From the NCBI GenBank assembly GCA_024679065.1, contig JAGIQG010000023.1, positions 10,540,001 through 10,604,000 of the forward strand: 64,000 bases of DNA, given 5' to 3'. Under the pieces are notes generated by a model. It was not told the DNA's origin, ran no database searches, and saw nothing but the letters and a program-made list of their open reading frames with translations. Source of the stretch: Sphyrna mokarran (taxonomy: Eukaryota). Below, one piece after another: positions 25,799 to 38,280 of the stretch. The translations under genes were made by a program, and so were the position numbers. How positions within the stretch are numbered: position 1 is the first letter of the stretch; each line of letters begins with the position of its first letter.

Positions 25799-26217
25799 GT
25801 AAGTTCTGTCCAAATCAAAATGTAAAATTACCGGGAAACGTTTTTAATATAACTGTGAAAATTAATTTGCATTTATTTATTCAGTGCTTTCCAGGAACTC
25901 TGGATGCCCCTGAATCACTTAACAGCCAATTAAATATTTTGAAGTGCAGTTACTGTCATGACGTCAGAACTGCATCTAATTTGCGCACAGCAAGATCCCA
26001 CAGACTACAATGATCAAAGCTGGAGAGGGGATGGCCCAGTGGTATTATCGCTAAATCAATGGATTCTATAATCCAACAGGACTTGCTAAGCATGTGATAA
26101 GGAACTACTTAAATCCAAAAATCTATCTTTCAGAAGAAAAATATCCCCATCGAACATATAATAAACTGGTTTCATGCAGTTATCCATGAAACATACATCA
26201 AATATCAATTAAATTTC

Positions 26218-26555
26218 ATAGAATCCCTACAACAGGCCATTTGCTCATTGAGTCTGCACTGACTCTGACAGAGCACCATACCCCGGCTCTCTCCCTCACC
26301 TTCTTCACAAAACCACACACATTTTCATAGCTAACTCATTGAACCGACATGTCTTGAGACACCAAGGGATAATTTATCATGGTTAATCCATCTAACCCGC
26401 ACATCTTTGGACGGTGGGAGGAAACCAGAGCACTCAAAGGAAACCCACGCAGGCACAAGGAGAATGTGCAAATTCCACACACACAGTCACCCAAGGCCAG
26501 AATCGAACCCAGGACCCTGGGGCTGTGAGGCAGCAGTGCTAACCATTGCGCCCCC
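26218..26555 (-). mobile_element. V-SINE (HE1-like)
   Basis: Reverse complement of A/B boxes and V-domain. Confidence 0.85.
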
Positions 26556-26915
26556 CGATAAGTAAATGAAATCCAACAGGAATTCTTGCATGTTTGAATT
26601 CAGTAAAGTTCTGATTATAAACGGATGTTTTGATTATTTTAGAGTCATAGAGATTTACTGCACAGAAACAGGCCCTTCTGCCCAGCTTGTCTATGCCATC
26701 ATTTTTTTTAAACACCTAAGCTAGTCCCAATTGCCCATGTTTGGCCCATATCCCTCTATACGCATCTTACCCATATACCTGTTTAAACACTTTTTAAAAG
26801 ATAAAATTATCTCTACAACTATCTCTGTCAGCTCTCTGTGGAGTCAGTGTCTGGAACATTATAATTATAATTTATAATTATTAATGGTAATTAAAATTAT
26901 AATTTTATTTTACAG

Positions 26916-26947
26916 GCATTGGTGAGGAGAATCCTGGAGTCTGTCAG
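26916..26947 (+). CDS. Gene B exon 5: short cytoplasmic exon
   Basis: ttttattttacag acceptor, cag|gtgaga donor, phase 1-0; (G)IGEENPGVCQ. Confidence 0.8.
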
Positions 26948-28459
26948 GTGAGATGAGGCCACGTCAGGGTCACATGGTAGACCCAAAGAGATAATTGACA
27001 GCTGATTGGATAGATCCTGACGTGACATTCTGAGCACATGGCACTACGGTTACGTGACTCTGGTCCCATGATGTTCAATCATGTGACAAATGCAAACATG
27101 AATGAATTTACTTTATAAAGATTTGGTCATCTGAAGATGCCTGTGAGTTTGAACCAGGTGCTGGTGTCTATGCAGCTCAGAGAGCCAGCAAGTTACTCAT
27201 GAGCAAGCAGACAGGGGCAACACAGGACAGGGAACACTCAGGCACCCCTGAATAAGTGCAAGGAATTCAAATAACTCACTGATAGCTTTCTTTATTCCTT
27301 CACGGTGTGAGGGTCTCACTGGCTAGTCCAGCTTTTTTTGACCATCCTCATTTCCCTTGAGAAGGTGCTGAGGGTGAGGTGCCTTCTTGAATGGCTGCAG
27401 TCAGTGTGGCGATAGTTACACCCATCATGCTGTTGGGGACAGAGTTCCAGGACTTTGACCCAATGACAGTGGAAGGACAGTGATATACTTCCAAGTCAGA
27501 ATGGTGTGTGTCTTGGAAGGGAGCTTGCTGGTGGTGGTGCTCTTGTATTTCTAGGGACTGAAGGTTGGTGCTGTCTAAGGAGCCTTGGTGAGATGCTGCA
27601 GTGACTCTTGCAGGTGGTGCACACGCTACCACTGTGCATCTGTGGAAAAGGGAGTGAATGTTTAAATTGGTGGCAGTTTTCAGTCAAGCGGACTGCTTTG
27701 TCTTGGGTGATGTTAACTTCTTCATGTTGTTGGAGACATAATTAACCGGGCGAGTGGAGACCATTCCATCACACTCCTGACTTGTGCCACATACATGATG
27801 TTCTCCATTTTTAATAGACCTGCTCTCTATCCCTATCTCCTTGGACTATGGTTCAGTCTCTGGTTCCCTGTCAAGATGACAACTCCTTTGGAATTCAGAG
27901 CCGACCTTATTTGCACTATGTCAAAACTGACTGACACAAATTCACCTGAAGCGAACTGAGAAATCACGCAAAGGGCAGTAATCTTAGTACTTGGCACATT
28001 TCTCACAAGGCATCTGAAATGCTGAGCAGTCTCCTGGATTGAAGCTTGTGACAGTGCCCAGTCGATCCAAGTTTTGGGGGAAATGCAGGGTGCTCGCCAA
28101 CTGGACCCAGGATTGGTTGTAAACTGTCCAAGATCATCAGGGAGCCAGTGTGTTGGGAATGAGAGAGAGCATTGAAAACTAAATAGCTTGAGTAGTGGGT
28201 GTGAGAGGTGGAAACCATTATTGGTTGATTAGAGCAGCTAAAGTCCAGGGAGGTAAGACATATGGGGGCAAATGAGTCAAGGGAACCCAAGGTCAGGGCA
28301 AAAGATTAGAACATAAGAACTAGGATCAAGAGTAAACCCTGCTCAGCCATTCAATAAAATCATGGCTGATTTTTTTCAGCTCCATTTACCCACTCATTCA
28401 CCTTTAATTCCTTTACTGTTCAATTAATTGGAAAGTGCGAGAATATTAGTGGCATTAGA

Positions 28460-28612
28460 TTGGGGTAGGCACAGTCAGTAGTCTCACAACACCAGGTTAA
28501 AGTCCAACAGGTTTATTTAGTAGCACAAGCTTTCAGAGTGCTGCTCCTTCATCAGGCACTCAGAAAGCTCGTGCTACCAAATCAACCTGTTGGACTTTAA
28601 CTTGGTGTTGTA
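28460..28612. mobile_element. Palindromic Penelope pLTR remnant with a hammerhead motif on the - strand
   Basis: caacaccaggttaaagtccaacagg / cctgttggactttaacttggtgttg inverted arms; - strand CTGATGA aggagcagcactct GAAA gctt at about 28524-28558. Confidence 0.8.
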
Positions 28613-28629
28613 AAAGACACAAGATTGTG

Positions 28630-28955
28630 GACGGTATGGTGGCACAGTAGTTAGCACTGCTGCCTTGCAGTGCCAGGGACCCGCGTTCAATTCCAACCTC
28701 GGGTTACTCTCTGTGTGAAGTCTGTACATGCTTTCCGTGTCTGCACTGGTCTCTTCCGGATGCTCCGGTTTCCTCCACACATTCCCAAGATGTGTGGTTG
28801 ATTGATGGTTAACTGGCCATGCTAAATTGCCCCTTAATGTTAGGGGGTTTAGGAGGGTAAATATGCAGAGATACTGGGATAGGGCCTGGGTGGGATTGTA
28901 GTCAGTGTGTGCTTGATGAGCTGAATAGCTTCCTTCTGCACTGTTGTGATTCCAT
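28630..28955 (+). mobile_element. V-SINE (HE1-like)
   Basis: A/B boxes, V-domain, tail. Confidence 0.85.
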
Positions 28956-28989
28956 GCAAATTCCTTTTTCCTTTTTCCTTTACTTTTTT

Positions 28990-29480
28990 ATGTAATTCAG
29001 AACAATTCCAAAAAGTCATGACAGATCTCGGAATTCCCTTTTCCTGACTGTTTCCAAATCCCTTAATTCCCTGAGAGACTAAAAGTTTGCCATTCACAGC
29101 CTTAAATTTGATTAGTGGTAGAGCATCCACAACTCTCTGGGATGGAAAATCCCAAAGATTCAAAACCGTTTGAATGAAGAAGTTTCTCTTCTTAGTGCTA
29201 AATGATCGGCCTTTCATTCTGAGAATGTGCCCCTGAGTTTTAGATTTGCCACCCAGCAGAAACCATCTCTTGAGTGCCCACCCATCAAGCCCCTTCTCAA
29301 TTTTGTATTTTTCAATGTGCTGGCCTCTCATCCAGAAGCACAACTTACTCAGCCCCTTATTATTGAGCATCCCCCTCATTCCGGGGACCAATGTAGTGAA
29401 CTGTTGCTGTCTTGCCTCCAATACAAGTATATCCTTTCCTTAATGTGGAGGTGAAAAATGCGTTCAGCACTCCAGATTCA
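28990..29480 (-). mobile_element. Old CR1 3' fragment
   Basis: ORF 28849..29421 has degenerate CR1 C-terminal motifs. Confidence 0.7.
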
Positions 29481-30707
29481 ACCTTTAAACAATAGCAAAA
29501 ATTTCTTTATTCATGTTGTCCAAACCTCATGCTTAACCTTGAGCCTTGATTCAAGTTCCTCAACTTAAAACAGAACAACAGATCAGAAGAACAATGGACA
29601 ACAACAGAACATTTGCAGCTCTAATACTTATTAGTTATGATAAAATCTGTAAGCAGAATTTAATGTCCTTCCCCATGGCAACCATAATGATGGAGGGAAG
29701 GTACAATCACGGGGGAGTCTGCGGTCCCCATTGTCTCCCCCCCCCATCTTCCCCTCCCCCTCAATTGAGTCTGAGGCTGAAAAGCCTGGGAGCATTTTTC
29801 CTAATTCCAGCAGTCGGTTGTGAAGGAACTGTGCTTTTATTGCACAAAATGAAAATAAATAATAACCATAAGCCTGCAGTGAACACAACAGGTCTCAACT
29901 GGGACTAAGAGGTTAATGGATCGTCTTAAGGTCTTACTTTATAAAAGGCTTGGTATACGAGCTCCACCTGGTTGGTTAATTATCAATCCCCAGGGAGCTC
30001 GTATTAAATGAGCCCAACTAGGAGGTCAATTAGTGACTCCCCATTCAGATCATGGAAATTATCACACTGTCCCACTGCTAACTGAGGCTCTCCTGAGTCA
30101 CATCCTGCCACCCAGTGCCTTAGTGGGGTGATTGCCGTGCGGGGAATGTGACAAGCAAAACTATGCAGGGCTGCACGTGAGCTTGGGAAGAGGCAAGGTG
30201 GTTGTTGTCCTTATTTAAAGGCGTTCAGTGCCTGATGGAGGGGCCAGTTGAGAGCTACCCACCTATCTTTGATGCTCCCTCTCCCCATGAGCCCAAACTC
30301 CATTCATCCACATGCTGGAGTCCAGCTACTATACTAGGGCGGGGGTCTCCAAACTATGGCCCGCGGGCCACATCCAGATCGGAGTTTGGAGCCCGCTGTA
30401 CTAGGCCACAAGTGGAGATCTTACCAATAGCAGCCATCACTTCTCCATTCAGTGGAGCTACCAGCATCTGATTGGCTGGTAGCTCTCAGCAGATGGCACT
30501 TCCGCCCCTGGGGTCCTTGATCCCAAGGAAGATCCTCCACTGTCCAGTAAAGTGCCTGACTGACACCTAACACAGCAGCAAAGATGATTCTTGCTGGGTC
30601 AGCATCAGATGGGAGAAACTCCCTTCGCCTTCATCAGACCCCATATGATTTTGGTTAATATTGTACATAATTATGGTGACAGTTTTCCTTTGTTTCAATT
30701 TCCTAAG

Positions 30708-30860
30708 GAAAATCAAGAGCTGATGTATTCCAGTGTGACCGTGGTACCCAAACCTGACATGGAAAATACTTACCTTAATCTTCAGGATCTTACAGCTCAA
30801 AGAAGAGCCAGAAACCAAGAGTCTTCAGAAACTGTGGAATATTCTGCAATTCTTGTCTGA
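30708..30860 (+). CDS. Gene B exon 6: ITIM-bearing tail (completes a 265-aa CD300-like inhibitory receptor)
   Basis: tttcctaag acceptor phase 0; ENQELMYSSV...NTYLNL...TVEYSAILV*; six exons total 798 nt with no internal stop. Confidence 0.9.
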   Translation, partial: ENQELMYSSVTVVPKPDMENTYLNLQDLTAQRRARNQESSETVEYSAILV

Positions 30861-31035
30861 TTATAATGAAATGAACAAACAAAGGAACCATGTTTGTGTT
30901 TTTTTCTACACATTTTTTGTACCAAAAAAATGGCGAAGTGTTGTTTCTGGTGGGAAAACCCAGAAACAGCACTCTGGAGCTTTCTCCCCAGAGTATCACA
31001 CCAGTTTTCTCCAGATCTTAGAACATTCTACCTAA

Positions 31036-31041
31036 AATAAA
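31036..31041 (+). terminator. Probable polyadenylation signal of gene B
   Basis: AATAAA about 175 nt after the stop codon. Confidence 0.5.
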
Positions 31042-31054
31042 TCAAGGAGGTGTG

Positions 31055-31852
31055 TCTCACACTGTCATGCAGGGGAACGGGACCTCAACTCGCCAGCAAA
31101 AGCTGACTGCACTGAGATTGGGGTGCTATATTTATAGGGCATCCCAATCATAACAGGCATAAACCTCCCACCCCCGCCAGACCACCACAGAGATTTTAAG
31201 GGCTCCTCTCCCTGCCCTCGCATGTAGTCGGCACTTTTTCACACCTCCCCCCGATCATCAATCCCCTCTCTAATCCCAGATCATCAGCCACTTCAACCCC
31301 ATAGTCAGGGTTGGCATCCCTCCCTGCCCCCCTCCCAACAGCCATCTCCAGCATACCCTGCTCCTCAGTCTGCTCCTGCCCCACAACCAAATCTGAATGA
31401 ATTCCTCCTCCCTTCACCACTCCCTATAAAACTCCCCCTGGGGCCTGTCTCTTGGCACAGGTTGGCACTGCCAAGTTGGTGTGGGCATGATGCCAATCTG
31501 GCAATGACAAACTGTGACAAGAGGCACTGCCAAGGGGGCACTGCTTGGCCATGTCCCACTCCCCCAGCAGTGTATTCACTTTTACACCCCCACATCTAGG
31601 TGAACCTGTTATAAATGGTGCCGGTGTGATATCACACTGACAGCCCCTGAATACCCACTGACAGTGTTCTCGCTAATGGCATGCTAATGTGTTTGAATGA
31701 GCTTTCTGTGGTCCCATGACATGTTCCACGCTTTCCCACTGGTGAGGGGCCAGTAAGATCAGAACTCGGAAACTCGCTGCGAATCGCGCTTTCCGGATTT
31801 TGAGCGTGCGCTCCCATCTTGCAAACGGAGCATGCGGGCTCAAAATTGCCCC
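31055..31852. mobile_element. Non-autonomous Harbinger-like remnant (tentative)
   Basis: Ends caaaattgcccc like 11512; CpG-rich subterminal region. Confidence 0.35.
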
Positions 31853-32659
31853 GAGACCGTTTTCTTTTGTTGCTGCAGTTTCCCTGCCTGTTCCAACAAC
31901 ACTTTAGGTCCATCCTAAGTGTGGCACAAAAAGTACAGTGGCCAACAAGGAGAAAGACACAAAGAACAGGAAATGTACATGAGCCACAGTGCCTGATTAT
32001 ATTATAGCGTGTAACATAGATTGTCATAAAAGGTTAGATGCCAGTCTTGTTTCATTAATAAGTATAAATATGTATAAGTGTGCATAATGATGTATACAGA
32101 GTTTGTGAATGCAAATAAATCAAAAATATTCAGCGTAAAGTTGAAGCTAGTTACTTATGATATACAACACTGACGCACAGATATCTGTCTCATTCCATGC
32201 ATATCATATGAGAGCATTCAAATAACATAAGTCTACTTTAATACTGACTTTTCTGCAATGTTAAATTATTGACCCCATAGAATCCCTACCGAAGAGAAGG
32301 AGGCCATTCAGCCACCGAGTCTGCACCGATCACAATCCCACCTACACGCCATTCCGAGAACTCCACACCTAGCTAGTCCCCCTGACATTAAGGCGCAATT
32401 GAGCACGGCCAATCAACGCATCTTTGGACTGTCGGAGGAAACCGGATGATCAACTCACTCCGTTTCTCAGAGAATTTATATACATGATATACCCATGGAG
32501 TATTGTTCTAAATAGAAAAAAACTTGTATTTATACAGATCCTTTCTTGACCTCAAAATGTCCTGAAGCATTTTACATGCAATGTAATATTTTGAAGTATA
32601 GAAATATAGTCATTATCAATTATTTCTCCTTCTATACAGCTTGCACTTAAGTAGTAAAA

Positions 32660-32985
32660 CACACATACTAGTATACAAAGATACACAAATACATACAGAC
32701 ACATGCACAAACATACACACACATGCACACAAACATTAACATATGTGGACAGAGACACACACACAAATATACATGCATAGACATACTCACAACTAATATA
32801 CACAGTCACACACAAATATACTCACACACAGTTACATACAGACACGCACACACACAAATACACACACTAATATACACAGTCTCTCTTTCACACACACACA
32901 CACTCACAAACACAGATTAATATACACAGTCTGGCACTCACACACACAAATACACAAACACACTAATGTACAGAGTCACACACAA
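32660..32985. repeat. Degenerate (CA)n microsatellite
   Basis: CA/TA-rich low complexity. Confidence 0.9.
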
Positions 32986-33782
32986 ATTTTTCCCTCTGGA
33001 GCACAGAAAGTTGAGGGGTGACCTTATAAGGTCTATGAAATAATGAGGGGCACAAATCAGCTAGATAGTCAATATATTTTTCAAAGGTTGGGGAGTCTAA
33101 AATTAGACAGCATAGGTTTAAGGTGAGACGGGAGAGATACAAAAGTATCCAGGGGGAAAATCCTTTCATACAGAGGGTACTGAGTGTCTGGAACAAGCAG
33201 AATTAAGATGGAGGAGAAAGATCACAGACTAAAGTTGTTGAATGCAATGTTGAACAATTTTAGACCTTGACCATTCTCCCATATGTTAATCCCCTTTCTT
33301 AATCCCTTTGTTTTTAGCTCAATGAAAAAACTGTCGCTTCCCCACTGGGTTACTTGCCATTTGCTTTTAGATTTGCCAGATCTTTGCTGAAATCTTTTCT
33401 AGCCCTCACTAATCACTGCTCCACCCTTCAAATACAGAATAATCTCAAACCCATTCTCCCTCTCCTTTCGTTTTGAAGAAGAGACAGGCAGACTTGAGAC
33501 GTTAACTCTGTTTTCTCTGCTTAAGGATTCTGTCAGATGTGTTCAGTGAGTTCTCCAGCCTCCCAGCCGTGTGCTTCCCACCAGAGAATTCCGGCTCCTG
33601 AGATTTTCCAACATTCTCTGATTTTTGTTAGCAATTCCCTGTACGTGAGAAAACCTAACAGAGTGAAGAACTGCCGCTAACAATGAGATCATCTGAAAAC
33701 TAACTTCATGGAAATGCAGCGACCAGCCTGCTAAGAATCCTTCCCCTAACAAGAACGTCAATCCGACCTTAAATCATCCCCT

Positions 33783-33862
33783 TCATCTCAGAAAATGCAG
33801 TATGGGCCTGCCATGAAATAGGTAACTGTCAACTGTGACCATATACTCCATCTCTGTCTCAT
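33783..33862 (-). CDS. Candidate terminal exon of an unidentified - strand gene
   Basis: Long pyrimidine tract ending ttcattcacacag; phase 1 gives (N)ETEMEYMVTVDSYLFHGRPILHFLR*. Confidence 0.35.
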
Positions 33863-34719
33863 CTGTGTGAATGAAGGACAATGTGTGAGAGAGTGAGAGA
33901 AAGGCTGCATTATTTTGGGGGTAAAAGTGTGAGAATAAACAGGCTCCTTTGTGCCTTAACTTCACAAAAGCTGGCTGCTAAAATTATTTAATCTGGATAA
34001 GCACGTACTCATAGATACAAATTTAAAACAGAGCACTGGGAGAAAGCACTTCTCCCAAAGGGTTGTAAATCTGTGGAATCCGCTACCCCAAAGCGTAGTG
34101 GATGCTGGAAAGAGTGAGTAAATCTGAGGAGTTAGACAGATTTTTAATTGGAAAAGGGTTGAAGAGTTATGGGAAGAAAGCAGGAAAATGGGGATAAGGA
34201 GCATGATCAAATGGCAGAACGAATTCGATGGGCTAAATGGCCTAATTCTGCTCCTACATCTTATGAATTTATGAACTATATAGACGTCTTCATCATGGAC
34301 AGTTAAGGAAACACATACATTTTGTATTGACAACTGATTGGACCTTGAATAAATATCTCACCAAAAATATATAACTGCACTTTCAAGCTCACTATAGATG
34401 ATGGAAATGCATGGTAATTTGAAACAAGTTTAGCAACGTATCTCCTTAAACACTGTCGGCAGACTTTACCAGTCTTTCATGGCAGGATTCTCTCATCCTG
34501 CTGCAATGAACGGAGATTTGGCTGAATGCCATGTTCTCCATCCTCGCTGGCAGCAGCAGTGAGGCATGAGCAGCTGGAAAATTCCAGCCTCTACGTTATT
34601 TCTTGGGCTAGAATAAAGGATATGCCTCTGTGTACCAAGCCTGCGCACTCTGAGGCTATCTGTCAAGATACGTACAGTTGGAACACAGAGGAAATGCATT
34701 GATAAACTCTGCCCCTTAC

Positions 34720-34789
34720 TTGCTGGGAGAGTACATACAACGTAGTCAGTGCCATCGCCACAGGCACTCCAATATGGCAATTTGCCAAG
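34720..34789 (-). CDS. Candidate internal exon of the same - strand gene
   Basis: tgtttcccag acceptor, caa|gtaagg donor, 70 nt, phase 0-1; LGKLPYWSACGDGTDYVVCTLPA. Confidence 0.35.
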
Positions 34790-34801
34790 CTGGGAAACAA
34801 T

Positions 34802-37480
34802 AACATAGAACATAGAACATAGAACAGGCCCTTCGGCCTTCGATGTTGCGCCAACCAATATAAAAAGCAATGCACCTCCAAACTAAACCATTCCCTTCTC
34901 TTCCATATACTTATCAACTAAACTCTTAAACGCCACCAAACTTGGCGCATCTACAACTGCTGCAGGCAGGGCATTCCACTCCCGAACCACCCTTTGGGTA
35001 AAGAACCTGCCTCTGATATCCGTCCTATAACTATCACCCCTTAATTTAAAGCTGTGTCCCCTCGTGCTAGCTTTTTCCATCCTAGGAAAAAGGCTATCAC
35101 TGTCCACCCTATCTAAACCTCTAATCATCTTATATGTTTCGATTAGGTCCCCTCTTAGCCGCCTCCTTTCTAACGAATACAACCTCAAATCCCTCAGCCT
35201 CTCCTCATAAGACCTGCCCTCCATACCAGGCAACATCCTGGTAAACCTCCTCTGTACCCTCTCCAATGCCTCCACATCTTTCTTATAATGTGGGGACCAG
35301 AACTGCACACAATACTCCAAGTGCGGCCGCACTAGAGTTTTGTACAGTTGCAACATGACGTTGCGGCTCCGAAATTCAATCCCTCTACCAATAAAAGCCA
35401 AGACTCCATATGCCTTCCTAACAACCTTCTCGACCTGACTGCCTACTTTCAGGATCTATGCACATACACACCAAGATCCCTCTGTTCATCTAGACTACTA
35501 AGAATCCTACCATTTGCCCTATACTCTACACATTTATTATTTCTGCCATAGTGCATTACCTCACACTTTTCCACATTAAACTCCATTTGCCACCTCTCGG
35601 CCCAGCTCTGCAACTTGTCCAAGTCCCTCTGCAAACTATAACACCCCTCTTCACTATCTACCACTCCACCGACTTTAGTGTCATCTGCAAATTTACTAAT
35701 CCATCCTTCAATACCCTCATCCAGATCATTTATAAAAATTACAAACAGCAGGGGCCCCAAAACAGACCCCTGAGGTACACCACTTGTCACCGAACTCCAA
35801 GATGAATATCTCCCATCAACCACCACCCTCTGTCTTCTATCTGCTAGCCAATTCCTAACCCAATTAGCTAAATCACCCTCTATCCCATACATCTGCATTT
35901 TCTGCAGAAGTCTTCCATGGGCCACCTTATCAAACGCCTTACTAAAGTCCATATATACCACATCAACCGCCTTACCCCCATCCACCTCTTTAGTCACTTT
36001 TTCAAAAACTCAATGAGGTTAGTAAGGCACGACCTACCCTTCACAAAACCATGCTGACTATTTCCAATCAATTCATTACTCTCTAAATAAGTATAAATCC
36101 TATCCCTAATTATTCTCTCCAATACTTTGCCCACCACAGAAGTAAGACTCACTGGCCTATAATTCCCTGGAAGGTCTCTCTTCCCCTTCTTGAACAACGG
36201 GACCACATTCGCTATCCTCCAGTCCTCCGGAACCACACCCGTAACCAACGACGACCTGAAGATCAGAGCCAGAGGCTCTGCAATCTCCTCTCTTGCCTCC
36301 CAGAGAATCCTAGGGTAAATCCCGTCCGGCCCAGGGGACTTATCCAACTTCAAACCCTCGAGAATATCTAGCACATCCTCCCTATCTACTTCGATACTTT
36401 CCAGTTTGCAACCCTGTACCTCAGTGTTCTCCATAACTACATTTACATCACCCTGCGTGAATACCGAAGAGAAATATTTATTCAGTGCCTCTCCAATCTC
36501 TTCAGTCTCCACGCACAACTTCCCACTGCTGTCTATGACTGGCCCTAATCTTGCCCTAACCAATCTTCTATTCTTAACATATCGAAAGAAAGCTTTAGGA
36601 TTCTCCTTAATCCTATCAGCCAACATCTTCTCGTGTCCCCTCTTAGCTCTCCTCAATTCACTTTTTACCTCCTTCCTAGCTAATCTATAGCTATCCATTG
36701 CACTACCTGAGCCTTCAAGCCTCATCCTGACATAAGCCTCTTTTTTCTTCTTAACCAGCAAATCAACTCTTTTCGTACACCAAGGCTCTCTTACTCGTCC
36801 ATTTCCTCCCTGCCTGACAGGGACATACTTATCAAGGACTCGCAGCAGCTGCTCCTTGAATAAGCTCCACATTCCAGATGTTCCCAGTCCCTGTAGTTTC
36901 CTAGTCCAATCTATGCACCCTAATTCTCTCCTGATGGCCTCATAATTACCCTTCCCCCAGCTATAACTACTGCCCCCAGCTTCATGCCTATCCCTATCCA
37001 TCACTAAGGTGAACGTAACCGAATTGTGGTCACTATCACCAAAATGTTCACTAACTTCCAAGCCTAACACCTGGTCTGGCTCATTGCCCAGCACCAAATC
37101 CAATGTAGCCTCACCTCTAGTTGGCCTATCTACATACTGAGTCAAAAAACCTTCCTGCACACTTTGTACGAAAACTGACCCCTCTAACGAGCTAGAGCTA
37201 TAGCTATTCCAATCAATATTAGTAAAGTTAAAGTCCCCCATTACAATTACCCTATTACTTTCACTCCTGACCAGAATTGACTTTGCAATCCTTTCCTCAA
37301 CCTCTCTAGAACTTTTAGGAGGTCTATAAAAGACTCCCAACAGGGTGACCTCTCCTTTCCTGTTTCTAATCTCAGCCCATACTACCTCAACAGACAAGTC
37401 CTCATCAAACTTCTTCTCTGTCACTGTGATACAGTCTTTGACTAATAATGCCACTCCTCCCCCCCTTCTACCTCCTTCTC
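34802..37480 (-). mobile_element. Young 5'-truncated CR1 LINE (partial endonuclease plus RT), two 1-nt frameshifts
   Basis: ORFs 35994..37454, 35449..35997 and 34883..35401 join into ORF2 (MGDFNF, SDHN, QHGFVKGRSCLTNL, KFADDTK); (ttctatg)n tail. Confidence 0.97.
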
Positions 37481-37759
37481 TACTCCGATAACATGGAATG
37501 TTATCCTACCGGCTGGTATTATGCCATGTCCATATGACTATACCATGCTCATGTGCCAACACGCCGCACCAGCCACTAATAATTGTAAATATCTTGCAGC
37601 TTACAATTACACTTGGGCACTCAAAAATAATGTATAGTATTATCCCATTTTACAACGGTAGGTTTGCCTAAGTTAATGAATTATTTTTCTTGCCCTAGTA
37701 ACACCTGGTAGAGTTTACAATGGGCGTTGTAGAATTATATAATCCTTCCAATTAGTCAA

Positions 37760-38280
37760 ATAACAAAGAACAAAGAAAATTACTGCACAGAAACAGACCT
37801 TTTGGCCTTCCAAGCCAGCACTGACCATGCTGCCTGACTGAATTAAAACCCTTATCCTTTCGGGGACCACATCCTCCACTCCCATTCTATAGATGCGTTT
37901 GCCAAGACCCCCCCCCCTTAAAAGATACTATTATATCTGCTTCCACTGCCTCCCCAGCAGTGGTTTTGGCACCCACCACACTCTGTGTAAAAAAACTTGC
38001 CTTGTACATCTCCTTTAAACATTGCTCCTCGCATCTTAAACCTATACCCCCTAGTAATTGACTCTTCCACCCTGGGAAAAAGCTTCTTGTCCCTCTGTCT
38101 CATAATCTTGTAGACTCCTATTAGATCACCCCTCAACTTTCTTTGTTCCAGTGAGAACAAAGTTTCTCCAACCTCACAGCTAATGTCTTCCATGCCAGGA
38201 AATATCCTGGTAAATCATTTCTGTCTCCACATCCTTATGCTAGTGTGGCAACCAGAATTGAACACTATATTCCAAGTGGG
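37760..38280 (-). mobile_element. CR1 3' fragment
   Basis: ORF 37918..38193 LFSLEQRKLRGDLIGVYKIM; tail. Confidence 0.85.

Noticed and set aside
27818-27934. Possible alternative phase-0 last exon of gene B after tttttaatag
   Set aside because: No recognisable motif; the 30708 exon gives the canonical ITIM tail
37520-37620. Possible - strand exon upstream of the 34789 exon
   Set aside because: Phase mismatch, and the intron without the CR1 would be only about 30 nt
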